Positions 57,318 through 64,000 of a stretch of DNA of 64,000 nucleotides are shown here, piece after piece; the first letter of the stretch is position 1; each line of letters starts with the position of its first letter. The translations under genes and the position numbers were made by a program. Source of the DNA: an uncultured bacterium (lineage in GTDB: Bacteria; Patescibacteriota; Minisyncoccia; Moranbacterales; UBA2206); assembly GCA_903937035.1 (NCBI GenBank), contig CAIZXS010000017.1:660-64659 (forward strand). Direction: 5' to 3'. The notes below the pieces were generated by a model, which ran no database searches, was not told where the DNA came from, and saw only the letters and a list, made by a program, of their open reading frames with translations.

Positions 57318-60077
57318 ATGAACAAGAAAGAGATGCTTGGAAATATTGAAGCACGGTTTGCGTTTAGTATTCAGATGAGAGAAAGTCAGGAGAGATGCAG
57401 TGCAATTTTTGACCAGTCTCCGATAGCGATAGAGTTTTACGATGCCGCTGGCGGTTTGGTTGCAGTAAATAGGGCCTGTCTTGATTTGTTCGGTGTGGTG
57501 AATGAGGCCGAGGTCCTTGGATTCAAGATGTTTGAAGACCCTAACATTACTGATGAGGTAAAAACAAGACTGTTGAATAAGGAAATAGTAAGGTTTGCGG
57601 TTGACTTCAGCTTTGATAAAGTGAAACAACTGAAGCTTTATGAAACCACCCATTCAGGGATAAAGACACTGGATTGGTGTATTTCACCGCTCATAGAAGA
57701 AAGTTTGTTAATAGGGTATGTTATGCACATACAGGATATCACCGAACGTAAGCTGGCAGAGGAAGCAGTTCGAAAAAGCGAAGAAAACTATCGACTTATC
57801 GCCGACAATACCGGTGACGTTATTACGGTACTGAATATGGACTTGCAATTCACCTATATCAGTCCGTCAGTTTTTCAGCTGAGCGGATTTACGGTTGAAG
57901 AAGTTTTAAATAAGTCCGTTGATCAGATAGTAACAGCCGGTTCATTGTCGGTATTTGTTAAGAATTTCGAAGAGGAGCTGGTATTGGAAGCTTCTGGAAA
58001 TGCGAACCCTCAAAGAATTCGTACAATTGAAGTGGAGGAGTATCGAAAAGACGGTTCCTTATTCTGGATGGAGATAAATTTGTCATTCATACGCAATCAG
58101 GAAGGGATGCCCTTGGGGGTAATTGCAGTTATCCGTGATGTTTCTAGCCGCAAGAAAACAGAAATAGCATTACATAGGAGTGAAGAAATGTATCGGTTGA
58201 TAGCCGATAATATGGCTGATGTCATCTCAATCATAGATTTGAATTTAAGGTTCACGTATGTCAGTCCTTCTATTTCTCGCCTTTACGGAATTCCAGCTGA
58301 AGAGCTGATGAATCAGCCTATTGATAAACTAATAACTCCTAAATCCATGAAGCATGTGCTATCAATTTTCGAGAAAGAAATAGCATTGGAGGCGCTAGGA
58401 ACGGCAGATCCTCAAAGGATCACCACGTTGGAGTTAGAGCATTATTGGAAAGATGCTACCCCTTTGTTTTGGATGGAAGTCAGTTCGTCCTTTTTACGTG
58501 ACCAGGACAAGAAAGTTATGGGAATGATTGCGGTGAGCCGTGACATCACAGAGCGCAAGCAGACGGATGAAACTCTGCTGAAAGAGCGCGAACGTCTCAA
58601 GGGTGTCATAGAAGGTACTAATGTCGGGATCTGGGAATGGAATGTCCAGACCGGGGAAGTAGTTTTTAATGATCGTTGGGCTGAAATCATTGGGTACAGC
58701 TTGGATGAAATTTCTCCAGTATCGATTGAGACTTGGACGAAATACGCTCATCCTGACGATGTGGAGAGCAGTGGTGCGTTGCTTGAAAAGCATTTCCGTG
58801 GCGAGATTGGCTATTATGAGTTCGATTCTCGTATGAAACATAAAGACGGAAATTGGATCTGGGTTCTGGATAGAGGAAAGGTGGCATCCTGGACAGAAGA
58901 TGGGAAGCCACTGATGATGATGGGGACGCATCAAGACATCACTGAACGCAAAAGGATGCGAAAGGCATTGATTGAGGCGGAACGCCTTAGCGCCATTGGA
59001 GAGCTTTCATCGGGCGTGGCGCATGACTTCAATAATGCCCTGGAGGTGATAAATGGAAATTTGGAAATGGCATTGTTTGTTCCAAATATTCCTCAGGAAG
59101 TCACAGAGTTGATCAAGCGTTCCAGAAAAAGTGCGAATGATGCGGCAGCTCGTATTCGACAACTGCAACGTTTCACGAAAAAAGAGCAGCATAGCGAATA
59201 TCAACCGCTTGATCTCAATGTGGTTCTGGATGAAGCAATTCTTCAGACCAGACCGCTCTGGAAGGATATGGCGGAAAAAAAGGGACTGCAAATTTCTTTC
59301 CAAAGAACCCATGGAAAGATAAGACATGTCGATGGAGACTTGGGAGAGATCGGTAGTGCTTTCCATAATCTCATCAAAAATGCTATTGAAGCTATGCCTA
59401 TTGGCGGTGTGATTAATATTGAAACAGGAATGATTGGTGAAAAAGTCTTTGTCAGGATTGGAGATGCCGGGATAGGGATGGATGATGAAATTAAAAAAAG
59501 AATTTTTCAACCATTTTTTTCAACCAAAGGGCTCGAGCCAGGACGAGGACTCGGAATGAGTGCCGTTGCCTCTATTGTCAGCGATCATGGCGGAGTGGTT
59601 TATGTCAAAGAAACGATTGTCGGAAAAGGCACAACGATTGAAATGTTGCTTCCCGTTGGAACGTTAAGAGCGATAGAGGTAAAAATCATCGAACCGAGTG
59701 TTCAAAAAGACCTTATCCGCGTGCTCTGGGTGGATGATGAAGAAGCCATTAGGACATTGGGACGGATGTATATGGAAAAATTAGGTTATTTTTCCGACAT
59801 AGCCAATGGAGGACTGGAAGCGCTAGAGCTCTTGCGGAATAATCATTATGATCTGGTCATCAGTGACATTGGAATGCCAGGGATGGATGGCTGGCAGTTA
59901 GCGGAGGCGATAAAAAATACGCACCCTGAAGTGAAGGTTGTGATTGTCTCTGGCTGGGGATCAGAGGCTGGCACTGATAAGAAGATCAGATATGGCGTCA
60001 GTCATATCTTAGGAAAGCCCACAAGCATGAATAAACTAAAAGAGATGATTGGAGCGGTGTTTCAATCAAAAATGTAA
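57318..60077 (+). CDS. Multi-PAS hybrid sensor histidine kinase/response regulator
   Basis: 4 PAS/PAC domains, H-box GVAHDFNN, NLIKNA, D.G.GM, FFSTK, GLGM and receiver VDDE..SDIGMPGMDG..KP. Confidence 0.93.
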   Translation: MNKKEMLGNIEARFAFSIQMRESQERCSAIFDQSPIAIEFYDAAGGLVAVNRACLDLFGVVNEAEVLGFKMFEDPNITDEVKTRLLNKEIVRFAVDFSFDKVKQLKLYETTHSGIKTLDWCISPLIEESLLIGYVMHIQDITERKLAEEAVRKSEENYRLIADNTGDVITVLNMDLQFTYISPSVFQLSGFTVEEVLNKSVDQIVTAGSLSVFVKNFEEELVLEASGNANPQRIRTIEVEEYRKDGSLFWMEINLSFIRNQEGMPLGVIAVIRDVSSRKKTEIALHRSEEMYRLIADNMADVISIIDLNLRFTYVSPSISRLYGIPAEELMNQPIDKLITPKSMKHVLSIFEKEIALEALGTADPQRITTLELEHYWKDATPLFWMEVSSSFLRDQDKKVMGMIAVSRDITERKQTDETLLKERERLKGVIEGTNVGIWEWNVQTGEVVFNDRWAEIIGYSLDEISPVSIETWTKYAHPDDVESSGALLEKHFRGEIGYYEFDSRMKHKDGNWIWVLDRGKVASWTEDGKPLMMMGTHQDITERKRMRKALIEAERLSAIGELSSGVAHDFNNALEVINGNLEMALFVPNIPQEVTELIKRSRKSANDAAARIRQLQRFTKKEQHSEYQPLDLNVVLDEAILQTRPLWKDMAEKKGLQISFQRTHGKIRHVDGDLGEIGSAFHNLIKNAIEAMPIGGVINIETGMIGEKVFVRIGDAGIGMDDEIKKRIFQPFFSTKGLEPGRGLGMSAVASIVSDHGGVVYVKETIVGKGTTIEMLLPVGTLRAIEVKIIEPSVQKDLIRVLWVDDEEAIRTLGRMYMEKLGYFSDIANGGLEALELLRNNHYDLVISDIGMPGMDGWQLAEAIKNTHPEVKVVIVSGWGSEAGTDKKIRYGVSHILGKPTSMNKLKEMIGAVFQSKM

Positions 60078-60090
60078 CTGTTTTTCAAAC

Positions 60091-60123
60091 ACCCTGGTGT
60101 CATAATTGATGCCAGGGTTTTTT
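60091..60123 (+). terminator. Intrinsic terminator
   Basis: ACCCTGGTGTCA-taat-TGATGCCAGGGT followed by a T-run. Confidence 0.72.
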
Positions 60124-60160
60124 ATTCGCGAATAATGATGAGAGGGGGCGTTTTTCTATA

Positions 60161-60200
60161 TAAAAATAGTTCTAACCTGCCTACTGGCAGACAGGCGTTC
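60161..60200. repeat. Truncated junction J6 interrupted by a 20-bp palindrome
   Basis: TAAAAATAGTTCTAA[CCTGCCTACTGGCAGACAGG]CGT. Confidence 0.7.
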
Positions 60201-60533
60201 CTTTCTAAAAAAACGTTAACCTATTTTACTACGATGCGCATTGATGACGATGCTAAACTGGTTAAATTTTCAGAAATGTTGATTGAGAAAGGATCTGGTT
60301 TTACTTCCGGTGGAAATGATTTTGATGGTGGAATGTTAACCGGTTTTGGCTTTAAAACCGAAAGTTACAATATGATGAGTGGTGCTCGCGAAGGCAATAT
60401 TGAAGAGCAATCTAATTTGTTCGGAAAAAAGTTTGAGTATAAGTTTGATTGCAAGGAAATTCGGGCAAAAATTGAAGAAATAGCCAAGGCATCCGGGTAT
60501 GAGTTTGAATATCAGATTTTGCCAGTAAAATAA
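60201..60533 (+). pseudogene. Probable 5'-truncated gene fragment
   Basis: Protein-like frame (..LSKKTLTYFTTMRIDD...FEYQILPVK) fused directly to J6; no SD or promoter. Confidence 0.45.
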
Positions 60534-60834
60534 CCGAGTTAAGTCGGTGGGCGTAAATCGCTTTATTTCTGTGGCATGTATCAAAGCTAAAGGCTCATTC
60601 GAGCCTTTTTTTGATAGTGGATATAAATTTAAATCGGTGCTATGATTCACCAAATAGCAGGGATTGACGATGGTTATAAATAACTAGCAACCCATTAAGT
60701 AAGCTATTTATGGTCTTTGACAATTTATGAGAAATGAACTTAAGAAGTGAATTGATAAAAACATCTAAAAACGTTGTAACTAAAATGGCCGCAAGTTCCA
60801 AAGGAATGAAGCGGTGAAAAACGGAGGTAGTAGC

Positions 60835-62763
60835 ATGCCAGTGAATATTGCAGATTATTTGAGTGGGATTATTGAAAGCATAGGGATTCCGTTATTTGTT
60901 TTTGATCTTGACGGAACATTTCAGTTTATCAACGAATCATTTAGTGACATTTTCGGTAAAACATGTGGGGAGGTGATTGGGAGAAAATCTCACGATATTT
61001 TTCCCGAAGCAGAGGCGAAGAAAATTAAGAAGGCGGTTTGTGCAGTTTTTGCAACTGGCCAGAGATGTGTCGTTGAGATTGATATGGAAGTTGGTCAAAA
61101 AAAGACAACCTTTTACAGAATAATCATCAGCCCCATTGAGAATATGAGAGGGTCGGTTGTTTTTGTCAGCTGCGTTGCAGTTGAAGATACGGAGCATAGG
61201 CAAGTCTTGGAGGCGCTACGGGAGAGCGAGAAGCGGTTTATGGATGTGGTTTATGCATCGGGCGATGCTATTCTGCTTATCTGCGATAACGAGTTTGTAG
61301 ATTGTAATGAGGCGGCTGTTCGGATGTTGAGGTATACAACGAAAGGGGAATTTTTACGAACTCATCCTTCGGAATTGTCGCCACTAGTACAGTCCGATGG
61401 GAGACCTTCCCATGAGAAAGCCGATCAGTTGATGAAATGTGCTTTTGAGAAAGGTTTTAAACGTTTTGAGTGGACACATCTGCGCGCTAACGGAGAAGAA
61501 TTTCCGGTCGAAGTTTCACTAACGCCGATTGTCAGAGATGGGAAGCGAATGCTTTATTGGGTCTGGCGTGACATAACTGAAAGTAAAAAAGCGGAGGAGA
61601 GAAGTGCGTGCCTTCAACGTCAATTGGTGCAAGCTCAAAAAATGGAAGCGATTGGAACGTTGGCCAGTGGTATTGCTCATGATTTCAATAACATGCTATA
61701 TCCCATTTCTGGCCATGCCGAAATGCTTCTGGATGATTTAATGCTGGGAGATTCCAATAGAGAAGGTGTGGAAGTGATATATAAAAGCGCATTAAGAGCG
61801 ACAGAATTGATTAAGCAGATATTGGCTTTTTCGCGCCAAGAGAAAAGTGAGCTGAAAATGATGAGGCTGCAACCCATAATAAAGGAATCAATGAAATTGA
61901 TTCGAGCGACTATCCCAACGACCATTTCCATAACACAACAGATAGATTCTGATTGCGGCACAATAAACGCAGACCCAACGCAGATTCATCAGATCATTAT
62001 GAATCTCGCAACAAACGCTTTTCATGCTATGGAAGAGCAGCAAGAGGGGGAGCTTAATGTAGGTCTTAAGGAAATAGAACTGGACACGGATGATTTAAAC
62101 TATCCCAATATGTTGCCTGGCCCTTATGTTTGTTTGACCGTTGCTGATAATGGCATGGGAATGGCAAAGGATATTGTAGATAGAATCTTCGATCCCTTTT
62201 TTACAACGAAAGAAAAGGGCAAGGGGACTGGAATGGGTTTATCTGTTGTTCATGGGATCGTGAAAAGTATGAATGGCGAAATTCAGGTATATAGCGAATT
62301 GGTAGGGGGAACTGAATTTCGTGTTTATTTGCCTATCGTCGAAGATGTTTCAGGGGAGAAGGGTCTCGATTTAAAAGAAGATTTGCCCTATGGAGGTGAG
62401 AGAATTCTTCTTGTTGATGATGAGGAGGCTATTATTAATATGGGGAAACAAATGCTCAGGCGTCTTGGGTATTCTGTTTCCACGCGTTCCAGTGGAATTG
62501 AGGCTCTTGAAGCATTCAGGGCTGATCCGGATAGGTTTGATTTGGTCGTAACAGATATGGCAATGCCAAAAATGGCTGGGACTAGACTGGCTCTTGAATT
62601 GATTAAAATTCGGCCGAATATTCCTGTTTTGCTTTGTACCGGTTTTAGCGAAGGTATTACAGATGATATGATCGAATCATTGGGAATTAAGGGTCTTCTG
62701 AACAAGCCGATATTAAAAAAAGACCTGGCTCGAAAGATCCGAGAGGTGTTGGACGGAAAGTAA
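60835..62763 (+). CDS. PAS hybrid sensor histidine kinase/response regulator
   Basis: [42 protein letters not shown] and receiver TDMAMPKM; GGAGG before ATG 60835. Confidence 0.94.
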   Translation: MPVNIADYLSGIIESIGIPLFVFDLDGTFQFINESFSDIFGKTCGEVIGRKSHDIFPEAEAKKIKKAVCAVFATGQRCVVEIDMEVGQKKTTFYRIIISPIENMRGSVVFVSCVAVEDTEHRQVLEALRESEKRFMDVVYASGDAILLICDNEFVDCNEAAVRMLRYTTKGEFLRTHPSELSPLVQSDGRPSHEKADQLMKCAFEKGFKRFEWTHLRANGEEFPVEVSLTPIVRDGKRMLYWVWRDITESKKAEERSACLQRQLVQAQKMEAIGTLASGIAHDFNNMLYPISGHAEMLLDDLMLGDSNREGVEVIYKSALRATELIKQILAFSRQEKSELKMMRLQPIIKESMKLIRATIPTTISITQQIDSDCGTINADPTQIHQIIMNLATNAFHAMEEQQEGELNVGLKEIELDTDDLNYPNMLPGPYVCLTVADNGMGMAKDIVDRIFDPFFTTKEKGKGTGMGLSVVHGIVKSMNGEIQVYSELVGGTEFRVYLPIVEDVSGEKGLDLKEDLPYGGERILLVDDEEAIINMGKQMLRRLGYSVSTRSSGIEALEAFRADPDRFDLVVTDMAMPKMAGTRLALELIKIRPNIPVLLCTGFSEGITDDMIESLGIKGLLNKPILKKDLARKIREVLDGK

Positions 62764-62798
62764 TTACTTTTTTCAGACTTTCCTGGATAAAGAAAGCG

Positions 62799-62830
62799 CG
62801 GGTATCGGCATAACTGTTGATACCCGTTTT
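62799..62830 (+). terminator. Intrinsic terminator
   Basis: CGGGTATCGGCA-taac-TGTTGATACCCG followed by TTTT. Confidence 0.7.
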
Positions 62831-63011
62831 ATTTTGCCGAATTTGTCGTGGGGTTAATTCATATTTTGTTGTATATTGAATGTTGATTGGTTAAATTGAC
62901 ATTTCAGCCAGAAGGTGAAATGATAGGCACATAATAGCAGCTTTTTGACAATCTGAAATTATAGACTGAAGAATTTCTAGCATTTTACAAAGAAAGGGAG
63001 AAAACTGAATC

Positions 63012-64000
63012 ATGGACGAAAAAAAACTGGAAGGCGTGTTATTTTTCAAGGGGCTTGGAAATTCGTTGCTTGCAACTGAGACGATGGATGTGCTGAAGGA
63101 ATATCTTGGGCATAGGCCGTTCGTTAGTCACGTCAATTATGGGCGTTTTGGGGATGGGGAGCTTGATGACAGCTTCTCTGATTACGCTGCAATTAAGGGA
63201 AAGAACATTGTTTTTTTTGAATGCTTGAAGGACGAAAGTGTTATGTTGCGTTTCTTGCAATTGTGCTGGGCGGCGAAGCATCAGTATGGAGCAGCGCGGA
63301 TTATTGCCGTGCTCAGCTTTATGCATTACCGTCGTCAGGACAGGGAGGAACACATTCACGAGATTTGGCGCAATAAGTGGCTTGCAAAGCAGATGGCTTT
63401 CAGCGGGGTGAGTCATGTCATACTGGCTACGCCACACTCAGAGCAAACCGGATTGAATTTTGAGCAGGAGGGGGTGGTATTTCGAGCAGTAGACTTGTCC
63501 GATTTATTTGCCAGTAGGCTCAGACCACTTCTTCACCCTAAGTTAAAAAGTGGGAAAAAGGTTTGGATTTATGCTCCTGATGAAGGCTCGATTATACGAG
63601 CTATTGGGTTGGCGAGGCGCCTTGAATTGAAGGTACTGTTCAGCCTTAAGAATCGGGGATTTAATAATCAGATTGAATTGGCTGAAATGGATCTCCAAAA
63701 GATCGAAGGAATTAAGGAGCAATTTTCCTTTTTTTCTGATTTGGAATATGCCACGGCAGAGCTTGTGGACGAATCTGTCATCGTTATGGTTGAAGATGAA
63801 CTTGATTCTGGCACAACAGCGCACAAGCAAGCCGAACAACTCAGACGGTATGGTGCGGAAGAAATTCATATGGTTTTTACGCATGCAGTTTGTACGGATC
63901 CATGGAGACGGCGATTGTTTGATGTTAATAATCCTTTCTCACAGGTAATTGTGTGCAATACTGTTCCACGTGGGGAAGAGAAGCGCACTGGCGGTAAGGT
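63012..64000 (+). CDS. Divergent ribose-phosphate pyrophosphokinase-like protein (runs off the window; not in the ORF track)
   Basis: Open frame of 329+ codons with RFGDGE, HYRRQDR, APDEGS, VMVEDELDSGTT and FTHAV. Confidence 0.82.
   Translation, partial: MDEKKLEGVLFFKGLGNSLLATETMDVLKEYLGHRPFVSHVNYGRFGDGELDDSFSDYAAIKGKNIVFFECLKDESVMLRFLQLCWAAKHQYGAARIIAVLSFMHYRRQDREEHIHEIWRNKWLAKQMAFSGVSHVILATPHSEQTGLNFEQEGVVFRAVDLSDLFASRLRPLLHPKLKSGKKVWIYAPDEGSIIRAIGLARRLELKVLFSLKNRGFNNQIELAEMDLQKIEGIKEQFSFFSDLEYATAELVDESVIVMVEDELDSGTTAHKQAEQLRRYGAEEIHMVFTHAVCTDPWRRRLFDVNNPFSQVIVCNTVPRGEEKRTGGK

Larger units (their letters stand above)
45835..60200. mobile_element. tRNA-Trp-anchored tandem cassette array / genomic island (no integrase in window; may extend further)
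   Basis: Accessory genes separated by six related junction repeats, five of them sharing the tRNA 3' core CGTGCA. Confidence 0.75.

Noticed and set aside
45835-60200. Classical integron or prophage
   Set aside because: No intI or phage structural genes; cassettes have their own promoters; repeats do not fully match the attC consensus.
60135-60200. N-terminus of the 132-aa ORF
   Set aside because: It is made of junction repeat plus palindrome (LPTGRQ), not a real start region.
1331-62705. Many short antisense or alternate-frame ORFs inside long genes
   Set aside because: They lie within well-supported CDSs and have no motifs of their own.
63039-63948. ORFs 63039-63437, 63543-63884 and 63673-63948
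   Set aside because: Shadows of the Prs-like frame starting at 63012.

Overview
Bacterial chromosome segment using genetic code 11. It most likely comes from a Patescibacteria/CPR (Parcubacteria-like) genome; this is inferred from the short AlaRS and EF-Ts, the TraD-like gene pair, AT-rich housekeeping leaders without Shine-Dalgarno (SD) motifs and abundant palindromic repeats. Bases 1-45.8 kb are mostly core genes: rel, topA, dprA, mnmA, alaS, tyrS, secA/D/F, pheST, valS, infA-rpmJ-rpsM-rpsK-rpsD-rpoA-rplQ-rplM-rpsI, rpmE, rpsB-tsf, tRNA-Thr/Tyr/Thr, rpmG and tRNA-Trp. Several small palindromic element families are scattered through it, and some sit in-frame inside mnmA, pheT and valS. The most notable feature starts at the 3' end of tRNA-Trp. 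It is an integrase-free array of at least six 1.2-4.4 kb accessory cassettes: PHP-glycosyltransferase plus sigma factor, Fic, Fic, membrane/FecR-like proteins, LamG-peptidoglycan-binding protein and hybrid PAS kinase. The cassettes are separated by copies of one junction repeat. Five copies carry the tRNA-Trp terminal core (C)CGTGCA, usually followed by a hairpin; the sixth is truncated. On the minus strand the repeat encodes a conserved ~28-aa peptide (xHGIVKDVRTIFMxRKEYIYIPDL) with mostly synonymous divergence. This looks like a tRNA-anchored, integron-like cassette-capture system, possibly with a recombinase C-terminus split by the att site. All assignments come from reading motifs by eye; no database searches were run.
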